Source: Octopus sinensis
Taxonomy: Eukaryota
Direction of reading: 5' to 3'
DNA length: 64,000 nucleotides
Assembly: GCF_006345805.1 (NCBI RefSeq)
Contig: NC_043012.1
Span: 11,594,001 to 11,658,000 of the forward strand
The notes below the pieces were generated by a model, which saw nothing but the letters and a program-made list of their open reading frames with translations, did no database searches and was not told where the DNA came from. Below are positions 1 through 13,292 of this stretch, in pieces. Within the stretch, counting starts at the first letter, position 1, and each line of letters begins with the position of its first letter. Position numbers and translations under genes: made by a program.

Positions 1-47
1 CATACATACATAAATACATACATACTACATATACATACATACCATAC

Positions 48-111
<64 letters not shown>

Positions 112-340
112 ATATATATATATATGTAGTATGTATTTATGTATGTATGTATGTATGTATGTTATGTATGTATGTATCTGCTTTCGGTGCGATAGGAAGG
201 CCTTTTTTTCTGTTGAGGTCTTATATGCCCCTTTATTAAACTATTTTCCTTAGTCAATGCACGGTCATCGCCATAAGATTTAAGCTTATACAATATATAT
301 GTATACATATGTATGTATATATATGTATGTAGTATGTATG

Positions 341-377
<37 letters not shown>

Positions 378-509
378 ATGTATGTATGTATATATATATA
401 TATGTGTGTATGTATATATGTATATATATTTATATGTATGCATATGTGTGTGTCTGTGAGTGTGTATGTGTAAGTATGTAATATATTTCCACGCACGTAA
501 GTATATACG

Positions 510-880
510 CGCACAAGTGTCGCAGTGATTCATGCACACACACACAACACACACACACAACACCACACACACACACACACACACACACAATACACACACA
601 CACACAATACACACACACACACACAATACACACACACACACAATACACACACACACACACACACAACACACACACACACACACACACACAATACACACAC
701 ACAATACACACACACAATACACACACACACACACACACACACAACACACACACACACAATACACACACACACACACACACACACAAAACACACACACACA
801 ATACACACACACACACACACAATACACACACACACACAATACACACACGCACAATACACACTCACACACACACACAGAGT
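510..880. repeat. Compound (CA)n / CACAATA microsatellite
   Basis: Seen directly; it is the source of many spurious ORFs. Confidence 0.95.
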
Positions 881-1118
881 GCACTAATTACAGATAAAAC
901 ATTAAAAGTTATGTATTTGTAAACATGAAGTATGAAGACTGGAAACAATAATACCGACGGACCCATTGACGTCAGTGAACCAGTAACGTACCATTCTCTG
1001 ATTATCACAACAGCCAGTTGTACGATTAAACTGTGTAAATGGCAGAAATTTACGCAATGTTATTGTTGTTGCTGTTGCTGTGGTCGTCGTCGTTGTTGCT
1101 GTTGTTGTTGTTGTTGTT

Positions 1119-1149
<31 letters not shown>

Positions 1150-1150
<1 letters not shown>

Positions 1151-1395
1151 TATTATCATTCGTTTTTTATTACGCAAGTGTATGCTAATTTAGTTAACAG
1201 GTATTTTATCTTGACGTTTGGTGATAACAAGTCTCTTCGAATCTCTAGAATCTTCCTTAGGATTCTTGTAGAATATAGGATGGTACATTTCAACAGGTTG
1301 ACAATACGAGTTTCAATTCCAATTTCTCTTACCCTTTTAGTTAGCATTTTGGGTGTTGAGCCTAGTTCACCAATTACGACTCTGCTATCATAGGG
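1150..1395 (-). mobile_element. R4/Dong-like non-LTR retrotransposon 3' end
   Basis: Reads ...LGSTPKMLTKRVREIGIETRIVNLLKCTILYSTRILRKILEI, the C-terminus of a REL-endonuclease element, followed by a (TAA/TGA)n tail. Confidence 0.65.
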
Positions 1396-1443
1396 ATTTG
1401 GAAAAATCTATATCGCAATACATACACATATATACATAAATAA

Positions 1444-1498
<55 letters not shown>

Positions 1499-1513
1499 CA
1501 TATATATATATAC

Positions 1514-1544
<31 letters not shown>

Positions 1545-1785
1545 TGTACGTATGTATGTATGTATAATATATATATATATATAATAATATATAATATATA
1601 TATACCTACATATATATACATATACATATACATATATATATACATATATATACATATATATATAGATATATGTATACATATATATACATATATAAATATT
1701 ATATATATATATATAATATATATATATATGTATGTATATATATATACATACATATAATTCTATATATATACATCTATATTCTGTT

Positions 1786-2121
1786 GTGAAGGCGCATGGC
1801 TCAGTGGTTAGAGCGTCGAGCTTACGATCGTGAGGTTGTGAGCTCGAATCCCGGACCGGGCTGCGTGTTGTGTTCTTGAGCAAGGCACTTTATTTCACGT
1901 TGCTCCAGTTCACTCAGCTGTAGAAATGAGTTGCGACGTCACTGGTGCCAAGCTGTATCGACCTTTGCCTTTCCCTTGGATAACACTGGTGGCGTGGAGA
2001 GGGGACGCTGGTATGCATGGGCGACTGCTGGTCTTCCATAAACAACCTTGCCCAGACTTGTTTCTAGGAGGGTAACTTTCTAGGTGCAATCCCATGGTCA
2101 TTCATGACCGAAGGGGGTCTT
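1786..2121 (+). mobile_element. tRNA-derived SINE (type C head) with 11-bp target-site duplication (TSD)
   Basis: A/B-box tRNA-like head. TATATTCTGTT flanks both ends (1775-1785 and 2122-2132). Confidence 0.85.
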
Positions 2122-2405
2122 TATATTCTGTTGTGTCTGGGGATAGTCATTTTCTTTTTGTGCCTTATAATTTAAACACATTCACAGTAAAATCTCCACT
2201 TATTTCTTATTTTTATTTTCCTAAATTAGTCAAGACTATTGAAAAGGATGCAACGAAAATTTTAGGAAAATAAGAATAAGGAATAAGTGGAAATTTTACC
2301 GGTGTGTTAAATTATAAGGCACAAAAAGAAAATGACACAACAGAATACGCTTCAACACACGAACTCATATAAATAATCTTACAAACCAAATCCAAAAACG
2401 AAATA
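2122..2405. mobile_element. Foldback/palindromic repeat element
   Basis: Inverted arms of about 100 bp; homologous to 24335-24645 in the opposite orientation. Confidence 0.7.
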
Positions 2406-2437
2406 TACATCTATACATATACATCTATACATATACA

Positions 2438-2513
<76 letters not shown>

Positions 2514-2562
2514 AACATGCATAGAATATTTATACATATATATTACATATATAATAATATAT

Positions 2563-2617
<55 letters not shown>

Positions 2618-2708
2618 AAGGTTTACGAAAATAACAAAAGATGAGGCAGGTGGAGTACAAACAAACAAATTTATTAGTATGGCGCTCATATATATATATA
2701 TATACATA

Positions 2709-2760
<52 letters not shown>

Positions 2761-3323
2761 TATATACGCGTGTGTGTGTATGCATATATATATGTGAGAT
2801 AATAGTTTCAGTATTAATAGTGAAAGTATTAAACTGAAAGTTTTATCTCACATTTCAATAGAGATGTTATTGTTTCACTTTTGACACGTATTACAGAAAT
2901 GGTGTAGGGGATTGCTTTGGACTCGTGTTAGGCAAGGTGTTGGAAAGGTTTTGCGCCCATAACACTAGAGGAACCCTAATTAAGGCATATGTAAATTTTG
3001 AAAGAAATTGGTTGGGTAGATCTCGAGTTTTAGTGATGCACACATAGAGACACAGACAGACACACACACATTCTGAGTTTTATATATATATATATATATA
3101 CATTGATAGAAACGGTAAGACAACAAAAGAATGAAAGAGACCTCGATATTATGTATATAGAGGAATTTACCTGCAAATATATGTGACAATTATTCGGCCC
3201 GAATTATTTATGTGGCCTGATAACAGAAGATTTGGCGGCATGATTTTCCGTCCCGACATCCGAAAATCAGTGTTTTATCATGCTACCGAATAATTGTAAC
3301 ATATTATATTTACACACACACAG

Positions 3324-3354
<31 letters not shown>

Positions 3355-3606
3355 CAGCCTGGGTTTCAAGGGCCCACAGCTTTTTAATATTCTCCCAAAG
3401 AGTCTGAGGAACTTGCACAAAGTAGATGTAGCGGTTTTTAAATCAAAGCTGGACCTCTTCCTGTCAAGAGTCCCAGATGAACCTACCTCACGGCAAGAGG
3501 TGCAAATGAGAGTAGCTGTATCAAACTCCATTCTTCACCAAGTGCCGCATATTAGACGAGGTTCGTCGTAATAACAGTGTAGCGCAAAACGGCGGTGTAT
3601 CAGCAT
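3355..3606 (+). mobile_element. CR1/L2-type LINE 3' fragment
   Basis: Reads SLGFKGPQLFNILPKSLRNLHKVDVAVFKSKLDLFLSRVPDEP, an RT C-terminus. Confidence 0.75.
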
Positions 3607-4019
3607 ATATATATATCGGTAGTTCATTGATTCTGAATTTTCTCTAGTAACTTAAATTACACAGCACAGCGATCTTCAGACGAGAACTGAAGGTTGCAGT
3701 AGGATTTCGCTCGAAACTCCACTTGCAAGCGAGAAAGTCAGTTTCCATGCACCATTTATTCAACAATGTCCATTGATCACTCCTATATCGTTTAGTTCGA
3801 TACAATCCTACATTTGAATGTGTGTGTGTATGTGTGTGCGTGTATGTGGGCCTATGTGTGTATGGCATTGTCTCTTTCTTTCTATCTATCGATGCGCCTG
3901 TGTGTCTGTGTGTATTGGGGGAGTATATATACGTGAATGGACAGCAACACATCTGACCCGAGTATTTATAGTACTACATATTTTTATATATAATATATGT
4001 AATATATAATAAATAAATA

Positions 4020-4252
4020 AATGCGCCCTTTTAAAGCCTAGCCAGGCCCGGTTTCCTGGCGTATGTGTTCCCCAACTGGACGGGACGCCAGTCCATCGCA
4101 GAGTTACTCACTTTTGCCAGCTGAGTGGACTAGAGCAACGTGAAATGAAGTGTTTTGCTCAAGAACACAACGCGTCGCCCGGTCCAGGAATCGAAACCAC
4201 AATCTTACGATCATGATGCTGATACCCTAACCACTAAGCCACGCGCCTCCAC
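4020..4252 (-). mobile_element. tRNA-derived SINE (type C)
   Basis: Reverse complement of the gtggaggcgcgtggcttagtggttaggg head; similar to 7628-7860. Confidence 0.8.
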
Positions 4253-4739
4253 ATATGTAGTATATAGTACTATATATATGATATATACGTATATATGTTA
4301 CCAACGGAGTAAATAACATGAAATACGTAAACAAACGAGGGTAAAACGAGTGAAATACGTAAACAACGAGATAAAAAATGGAAAACAGGACAAGTAAACA
4401 AAGATATATATAATTTATTATTTATTATATATCATTTAATTGAACGCAACACATCCATTTCCAAATAAGTACGTGTGTGTGTGTGTGTGATTTTGTATGA
4501 ATATATGTATGCGTGCATATGTGTTTGAATGTATTTATATAAGAATGAATGAATATATATGGACGAATGAATGGATGCGTAGATGTATGAATGTACGTAC
4601 AGTGTGCGGCAAAAAAAACAACCTCGCAAATTAAATTCATGACTCAGTAAAATATGGGAGCCTTTTCTGCCGCATTCTACGCACACAAACGTGTACGTGT
4701 GTATGTATCCTCGTGTACGTTTCCAGTTGTAAGTATAAT

Positions 4740-5120
4740 TTTATAGTCCATGCGCAGACGGATGTTTATCATTCTTAAACAAGTGGGCGGTGCCAGAAGA
4801 ACAAGCCATAGCATGATAGGATATGGTCAATTATTTAAAAAAAAAAAACGAAATATGGTTGGGCGTATTTAATTTGAAACCCCTCCCATCAAGCTAAACC
4901 TAACATCACTTGACTCAACTGAAATTTACTCTACTACGCCCCCGTCCTTCACTAAATGCAGCGTAGTAGCAATCCTTTCATTGTTTACATCGTAGAAAAT
5001 GATGGCCATGAATGAATGAGATAATACACAGTTACTTAGCAACGAACGGACGCTATATCGCAAGAGCTGATTGGCTGAATGAGTTATCTGAACGGGTGAC
5101 ATTTTGGCGGGTACGCGCCT
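4740..5120 (+). promoter_or_regulatory. Candidate follistatin proximal promoter
   Basis: Unique, relatively CpG-rich sequence upstream of exon 1. It contains an inverted NF-Y box CTGATTGGCTG (ATTGG at 5070-5074), an RFX X-box-like GTTACTTAGCAAC (5031-5043) and GC-box-like motifs. Motif evidence only. Confidence 0.35.
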
Positions 5121-5554
5121 GTTTTTTTTTTTTTTTTTTTTTTTTTACTTAATGGTTTTGTCATCAAACGAAACAACAAACATGTTATATATATATATAT
5201 ATATATATATATTTTTTTCTTTTCTAAGAAAAGGAAACCGAAAGATTAAGGAAATAACAACAGCAACTACTACTACTACTACTACTACTACTAACTACTA
5301 CTACTACTACTACTACTACTACAGCAAGGAACTGCGAATACAAAATAAACCATTGTTGTGACAACAATAATGGCAACAAGAGCAACGACAGCAGGAGCAG
5401 CAGTAGCAGCAACAACAATAACAGCAGCAGCAGCATTTGACTAAGAGTAAAATAACTAAAAAAAAAAAAAAAACATTGAAAAGAAACCAATCAAATACGT
5501 CAGAACGTCTGAGAATTTCTAACGTCAGACACGCAACACGCTTTGGATTATTAC

Positions 5555-5608
<54 letters not shown>

Positions 5609-5693
5609 CATTGTTATTGTTGTTGTTGTTGTTGTTATGCTTCACTTGTAATTGATACATTCACTCATTAACATATAACACACACCTACCGAG

Positions 5694-5751
<58 letters not shown>

Positions 5752-6085
5752 GCATATATACATATATACACATACAAATATACATATGTTAATATGTAAG
5801 TATATATGTATATATATATATATATATATGAGTTGTAAAAGTGTTCAGTTGGTCATACACAACGTATCGTGCCAGAAGTTGTCAACATCTCAATACTTAC
5901 TTCTCAGTCGTGTGGAGAATACGTCTAACCTCAAGTCTCGGACAGAATTCGCCGTATCTTCCTTGTGAAGCATCGTTATCATTTTATATAATATTTACAT
6001 AACACACTTTTATAACAGATATTATATAAGACACAATACCACAGTGCTCGCATTCCCATATATAATATATAACACATTTGTATAT

Positions 6086-6121
<36 letters not shown>

Positions 6122-6484
6122 ATAATATAATATATATATATTATATATATATATATTCTTTTCACATTTTTCACATTATATTTTGCTAAACATTTAAACA
6201 AAGTTTCTGAAGATTTTGGGATAACGGAAAGCGAAAGGTTTGAAAAATACATTAAAAAAAAAAAAGAAAACGAAAGAAGATTAAGAGAGAAGGAGAGAGA
6301 GTGAGTGAGAGAAAGTGAGAGAGAGAGAGAGGAAAAAGGGAGATAGAGAAGATTTTTAAAAAAGGAAGAAAAGAGAAAAGAAGGAAGCAAGAAAAGACAG
6401 AAAGCAAGAAACAAAGAATTGATGAGCGAAAATACCAAAGGTCAAACGAAAACGAAACAAGATTGAATATTAAAAAAAAAAAAA

Positions 6485-6560
6485 ATGCATCGATTAGAAA
6501 ATATATTGATCGTAACTGCAATGTTTTTCAGCCATATTCTTTTGGCACCAACAGTACAAG
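6485..6560 (+). CDS. FST: Follistatin coding exon 1 (signal peptide)
   Basis: ATG at 6485 reads MHRLENILIVTAMFFSHILLAPTVQ+G and ends at a phase-1 donor CAAG|GTTAGT (6561). Joined to 29978 it gives ...VQG|GICWL, equivalent to the vertebrate cleavage site AQA|GNCWL. Confidence 0.8.
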
Positions 6561-6594
6561 GTTAGTTTACCATTTTCTTCTTTTATATTAATTT

Positions 6595-6823
6595 GTTACT
6601 CTTTTTACTCTTTTACTTGTTTCAGTCATTTGACTGTGGCCATGCTGGAGCACCGCCTTTAGTCGAGCAAATCGACCCCCAGGACTTATTCTTCGTAATT
6701 CTAGTACTTACTCTATCGTTCACTTTTGCCGAACCGCCAAGTTACAGGCACATAATCACAACAGCATCGGTTGACGAACGATGTTGAGAGGACAAATATA
6801 GACACACAAACATATACACACAC

Positions 6824-6868
<45 letters not shown>

Positions 6869-7020
6869 CGACAGGCTTCTTTCAGTTTCCGTCTACCAAA
6901 TCCACTCACAAGGCTTTGGTCTGCCCGAAGCTATAGTAGAAGACACTTGCCCAAGGTGCCACGCAGTGGGACTGAACCCGGAACCTTGTGGTTGGTAAGC
7001 ACGCTATTTACCACACAGCC
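6595..7020 (-). mobile_element. tRNA-derived SINE (type A, internal TA/CA microsatellite, GTAAAAGA tail)
   Basis: Many near-identical copies occur in the window. This one starts about 35 nt inside FST intron 1. Confidence 0.85.
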
Positions 7021-7627
7021 AATAAATTATTCATCACCATTTAGGTGTATCTAAAGGTTAGCTGTGACACACATACACAAACATTTATTTTCCAAACGTG
7101 ACTCTCACTCCTTGAGACAGTGAAATAGAAGAATAGCCTCGGCCTTGGCTAAAACTTACTGTAGTCTACGTTAATGTAACCCTAGATATATTGTGCCTGA
7201 AAAGAAAAAGATTAAATAATCGTAACCTGAACAGATTTGATCAGTCACTGGTCTTCTTGATCAGGTCTGACCGGTGGTTAAACAACAACACTATTCAATC
7301 CTTAACGAAATAAAGGACATGTTGAGTAATGTATTCCTAGATTTATTATGCCAGTCGGGTTAGGTTCATTGGTCAGCTTGACCATATCTGATTTGGGTTT
7401 AAACAACAGCAACAAACTATACAAACGCGTAGAATCTGAAGTTAATATATTTTAAGCAGGACTAAAAGTTTAGTTTTGTAAAATACTATTATTACGGTGA
7501 TATTCTATCAATGTTTTTACAATATCTTAGTGCCGTGAATTTCTCACTTCTACTCGGATGATAGTAATTTAAATCATAATATATACGGTGTAAGTACTTG
7601 AGAAATGTCCTTAATATGACTTCATTT

Positions 7628-7860
7628 GTGGAGGCGCGTGGCTTAATGGTTAGGGTGTCAGCATCATGATTGTAAGATTGTGGTTTCGATTCCTGGACTG
7701 GGCGACGTGTTGTGTTCTTGAGCAAAACATTTCATTTCACGTTGCTCCAGTCCACTCAGCTGGCAAAAATAAGTAACGCTGCGATGGGGAACTCATACGC
7801 CATAGAAACCGGGAAACAGGGCCCATGAGCCTGGCTAGGCTTTAAAAGGGCGCATTTATT
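7628..7860 (+). mobile_element. tRNA-derived SINE (type C)
   Basis: tRNA-like head; TSD-like atgacttcattt on both sides. Confidence 0.8.
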
Positions 7861-8317
7861 TTATGACTTCATTTACAGAATGGTAAAATGTCAAAATCCC
7901 AAACATCGATTTTCCAAAAGTATCTCTTTCTCCGATGAAATGAATTTCATGAAAATCATATTTTTAAATAATGGGTTCAAATTTTGGCACAGGGTCAGGA
8001 GTTTTGAGGTGGGAGGGTAAAGTATACCTCGGCAGAATCTGAACTCAGAACGTTAAGGGGGACGAAATGCAGCTAACGATTCTGCCGTCTCGCTGCCCTA
8101 ATCATTTGAACTCAGAACGCAAAGACGGATAAACTACAGCCAAGTATTTTTGTTCGACGCGCTAACGATTCTGCCAGCTTTCCGCCTTAATTATATTACA
8201 ATTTTTAGTCGTACAATTACGATTATATTCCCTGTCTAAGACTTGAATATTAATTAATAGCATACTAATAACGGGGGTAATGTATACGTGCTCTTCATAT
8301 CGACTTGATAATTGAAA

Positions 8318-8769
8318 GATTATAATGTAACACTCAGTTACCGTGATCGAATCTTAATGAAGAGATTATAATGTAACACTCAGTTACCGTGATCGAATCT
8401 TAATGAAGAGATTATAATGTAACACTCAGTTACCGTGATCGAATCTTAATGAAGAGATTATAATGTAACACTCAGTTATCGTGATCGAATCTTAATGAAG
8501 AGATTATAATGTAACACTCAGTTACCGTGATCGAATCTTAATGAAGAGATTATAATGTAACACTCAGTTACCGTGATCGAATCTTAACGAAGAGATTATA
8601 ATGTAACACTCAGTTACCGTGATCGAATCTTAATGAAGAGATTATAATGTAACACTCAGTTACCGTGATCGAATCTTAATGAAGAGATTATAATGTAACA
8701 CTCAGTTACCGTGATCGAATCTTAACGAAGAGATTATGATGTAGCACTCAGCTACCGTGATCGAATCTT
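8318..8769. repeat. 46-bp minisatellite, about 9.8 copies
   Basis: Unit GATTATAATGTAACACTCAGTTACCGTGATCGAATCTTAATGAAGA starts at 8318, 8364 ... 8732. There are no spacers. Confidence 0.95.
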
Positions 8770-9267
8770 GTTGCTTATCTTTCCAAGGGCGATAAAAATA
8801 AAGTAGCAGTCAAATACAAGAATTAATTTCGCTGAATGTTCTTTCTTTAGCTAATTATCGGCATCGAGACATCTACTAATTACTAGAAGTCTAACAACCA
8901 AAGTTTGGTAGCTATTTCAATCTCTAGTAAAAAACAGAAATAACAACCAAACCTCCCTCAATATATCCAAAAACAACCACGTTGAATAACATAGTCCTGG
9001 TTCATAGGGAAAAGCAGGATTGTTGTGGGTGATTCGGCTTTGATTGTACTTTCCTTTTCGACCAGGTTTTCATTACCTTTTTAAGAAAGTTCAGGACAGA
9101 AAAGGAGATGCTCACACTCTGTAAATTTGTTGAAAGTCGAGTAAGAGTAACGAACGTGTATGAGTGAGTGAGCCTTTGATTGACATGAGTATTGAACTTT
9201 TGTGGAATTTTCATGAATAGCGCTTAGCAACCTTCTCAGCCATGGGCGAAATTTTCTTTCTTGGAAT

Positions 9268-9541
9268 ACTCTTTTTACTCTTTACTCTTTTACTTGTTTC
9301 AGTCATTTGACTGTGGCCATGCTGGAGCACCGCCTTTAGTCGAGCAAATCGACCCCGGGACTTATTCTTTGTAAGCCCAGTACTTATTCTGTCGGTCTCT
9401 TTTGCCGAACCGCTAGGTGATGGAGACGTAAACACACCAGCATCGGTTGTCAGGCAATGCTAGGGGGACAAACACAGACACACAAACACACACACACACA
9501 CACACACACACAACACACACACACCACACACACACACACAC

Positions 9542-9593
<52 letters not shown>

Positions 9594-9760
9594 TACGACG
9601 GGCTCCTTTCAGTTTCCGTCTACCAAATCCACTCACAAGGCATTGGTCGGCCCGGGGCTATAGCAGAAGCCACCTGCCCAAGATGCCACGCAGTGGGACT
9701 GAACCCGGAACCATGTGGTTGGTTAGCAAGCTACTTACCACACAGCCACTCCTGCGCCTA
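9268..9760 (-). mobile_element. SINE type A
   Basis: Full-length copy from head to GTAAAAGA tail. Confidence 0.85.
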
Positions 9761-10173
9761 AAATTTTGTGGAATTTAAAAAAATTTTTTTACTATTATAT
9801 ACACCAGGAGCGGTTAGTCGTATTCATGCACATGGTACAATTGAATTGGGAAATCTTACAGGATTCTCTAAGTTTCCAACTCAATCACCCTCTCCGGTTT
9901 GTGGTCGCACCCTGTCTTACCTCGTTCCAACCCAATCTTTTCACACAGTTTCCAATACAGAATTTTGCTACTTCATCATGTTGCCACAATTCATGCTGAT
10001 TTTGGATATTCTTTTACAATATGGGCAATTACAGTTACTGTTATCATCATCATCATCATCATCATCATCATTATTATTATTACTGAGTGAGAGAGCAGTG
10101 CATGCCATCAAAGTGACGCAGGAGTAAAATATACGAAGCCCAGTATACCCGTCTAATAAGGGTACACCAGGAA

Positions 10174-10228
<55 letters not shown>

Positions 10229-10268
10229 TTATTATTATTATTATCATCATTATTATTATATTATTATA

Positions 10269-10306
<38 letters not shown>

Positions 10307-10313
10307 ATTATTA

Positions 10314-10362
<49 letters not shown>

Positions 10363-11058
10363 CATTATTATTATTATTATCATTATCCTCTTCTTTCAAT
10401 TTTCTTTCCGTTTCTTGCCGAGTGCCTTCCCGACACTTCGGCCCAAGAAATCCACCGGATGAAGTTTATTGAAAAGTGGGTAAAAGCTTCCTCTCTAAGG
10501 AATTGGAGAGCGTACTAGCTCTTGGTGTTCAGGGAAATCTCGGACAGTTGGATTCCTCGATTATCCCTACAGGGCACCCGGTATCAAGAGGGCTACATCT
10601 CTATCATCCTCTTCCCCGCCTTTTTTTAAAAAACCTTTGTCTATTATGTATACATCCCTTCCTTTCTATTGTATACCGTGTATACTTACACTTCCTTTTT
10701 TTCTTAATAATCATTTTGCCATTTCATTATATGTAAGCCTTCACACGTTATGTCTGTCTTTGTATTGTCCCCCTCATCCTTCGCTCTGGTGGCAAATAAA
10801 TGAAATTATTATTATTATTATTATTATTATTATTGAGTGAGAGAGCAGTTCATGCCATCAAAGTGACACTGGGGTAAAATATACGAAGCCCAATATACCC
10901 ATCATGACTACCCGTCTGATAAAGGTACACCAGGCACATGCATCACAACCATATGTGCGCGACATGGTGATCTCATATCAAGATAAACAACACATGACCT
11001 TGCAGGTGGGGCCCAGTTAGAATTTTCTTCAGGTTGAGTAGCCCATCCTGCTCAAACG

Positions 11059-11128
<70 letters not shown>

Positions 11129-11130
<2 letters not shown>

Positions 11131-11640
11131 TAGTTTTATTTTTATAGCATGCTTTCACTTCACTACCGAGCGCAGCTCTGTGTGCCTTGGGTATGTGCTG
11201 TGATTTGTTGTGATGCTCTGATGGTTATTGTATGGAAAGTGTTCTGCGTAGGATGTGTGCAGTGCCTAGTAGTGCAATTTTCTGTATGTTATATGTGTTT
11301 GTAAGTCCTGGTGTTTTTGTTATGTATTTGTCTGAATATTTTTTTATCATGCCTAATGCACCTACTATGATAGGAATTGTTTCTATTTTTAGATTCCACA
11401 TTCTGGTTACCTCTATTTCCAGGTCTTTGTATTTTGAGAGTTTCTCCATTTCTTTTAGAGACACGTTGTCATCTGCCGGTATTGATACATCAATTAGAAA
11501 GCATTTTTTTTCTTCATGGTCTCTGACAACTATATCTGGTCTGTTGGCCTTAATTTCTCTATCTGTGTGTATCGGCATATCCCAGAGTATGGTTGCTTTC
11601 TCGTTTTCTGTGACCTTTTCTTGTGTGTGCCTATACCATC
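11129..11640 (-). mobile_element. R4/Dong-like retrotransposon 3' fragment (REL endonuclease)
   Basis: Reads IHTDREIKANRPDIVVRD...CFLIDVSIP...EKLSKYKDL...IPIIVGALG...ALLGTAHILRR, flanked by (TAA)n. Confidence 0.88.
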
Positions 11641-11722
<82 letters not shown>

Positions 11723-11902
11723 TATTATTATTCATATACAGTCAACAGGTAAGACTGGTGGAAAAGTAAAGAATCTTAACATTGGGGTACAACAAGTAGC
11801 CTTAGATACCAAGAACCCTCCTATTGGTACTTTTGGGTTACAGCCAGTAACCCTAAATGCCAAGAACCTTCCTATTATTATCATTATTATTATTATTATT
11901 AC

Positions 11903-11947
<45 letters not shown>

Positions 11948-11964
11948 CATTATTATTATCAACT

Positions 11965-12960
11965 TTATTTTTCTGGGTGTGATCATGCTTCAAAAACCTT
12001 CTGGAGAACTCTTACAGTTCCAATCGATGATGATTTTTGTAGGTGTTCTATCTTTACGTTCGTTCCAACCCATTTTGAGCCACGTTGGGAGTTGGGTACT
12101 AATACCTCCAAGCGCCACAATTACTATCGTTATCACGTCTACTTTCTTCATTGCCCTCAACCTGCGTATTTCCCCCACTTCATTCCATCATAGTTGTTCA
12201 CTTTTTCTTCTTTCTCTTCAACCATGTTGTCACCAGGACATGCTCTGTCCAATTATCAGGCACGTTTATATCTTTTCTTTTCTTTTCTGTTTACCACAAC
12301 AATGTCACCAGACATTTAATCAGATGGTCACACTGAATAGTTGCATCCCACAGGATTTTGTAATCTTTATTCTCAGTAACTCCTGTGATTTAGTCATACC
12401 ACGTCTTTGATCTTTCTAGCCCATAACTTCTACAGAGCTCCTAAAGGGTCACTCTTGTCACATTGTCACGTGGTTGCACTAAAAATGTGCCACACTGTCC
12501 TACCCTTCTCACCACACATTCCGCATTTGTTACTCAATTATCAATTCTGCACTTCACATAAGTTGTCCTCAAAGCTTGTTTTTGTGCCGCGCATTTAAGT
12601 GTCTCTGTTTCTATCTTCAAGTCACTCTTCCGCATTCGTAACCATCGGCCATTTATTTATATTTGCGCTCTTATCTATGGCAAACTGACCGTATATTATC
12701 TCTACTTTCAATGACATTTTTTTCTGTGTTTTTCCTCATTAAATTTTTCTTTCTTTACACAGTTATCAGTTTTAAGTTACTGGACTTCTTCTCATCAATC
12801 CACAATGGTTCCGCGGCATTTTTTACATACGACCCTAAACTGTCTTTCTCTGATTAAATAGAATCCTGACAACTGATCAAACCTCTTCCACCCTTTTATT
12901 CTGGACAATCACAACCGATCAGTATCACTCTTGAGATAGAATGCTCCGTACAATCTTGTA
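11965..12960 (-). mobile_element. Older R4/Dong-like fragment (RT C-terminus, zinc knuckle, REL), frameshifted
   Basis: Remnants KSDTDRL..KGGRGLISCQD, CGICGEKGRTVWHI and VIVALGGI. Confidence 0.7.
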
Positions 12961-13292
12961 TGGGATTTCCAGTTGCCTAAAGAAGTCTTGAAGTTTCAAT
13001 GGGATTGGGCCCAACGCTCCGATCACCACTGGTATCACTTTTACATTACCCCCTCGCATTCCATACAGTCTTAACATTTCCAATTATTATTATTATGTTT
13101 GGCTTTTGCTTTGTGTTTGTACAAATTGACTCCAAGTCTCACCCAGAGACCTCAAGAAATAACAAGTTAGAAGTTCAAGTTATGACTAGAGCGTCATATA
13201 TTTGGTTTTGCATAGTGTTTGTTCTAGCACAAGTAAATAAAAAAAAATTATTATTATTATCATAAACACATAGAGATATTTCGGCACTACTC

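Larger units (their letters stand above)
10050..13270. mobile_element. Cluster of non-LTR retrotransposon fragments nested in (ATT)n arrays
   Basis: Alternating (ATT)n tracts and LINE ends; includes the R4/Dong fragments listed separately. Confidence 0.75.

Noticed and set aside
162-897. Long Cys/Val and His/Thr ORFs, and similar YI/CV/LSIY ORFs throughout the track
   Set aside because: They are translations of (CA)n, (TA)n, (TATC)n and (TACA)n microsatellites.
8318-8769. CRISPR-like appearance of the regular repeats
   Set aside because: The units are contiguous with no unique spacers, there are no cas genes, and the context is eukaryotic.
11232-12410. 392-aa ORF on the + strand
   Set aside because: It is the antisense reading of R4/Dong fragments plus (ATT)n tracts.
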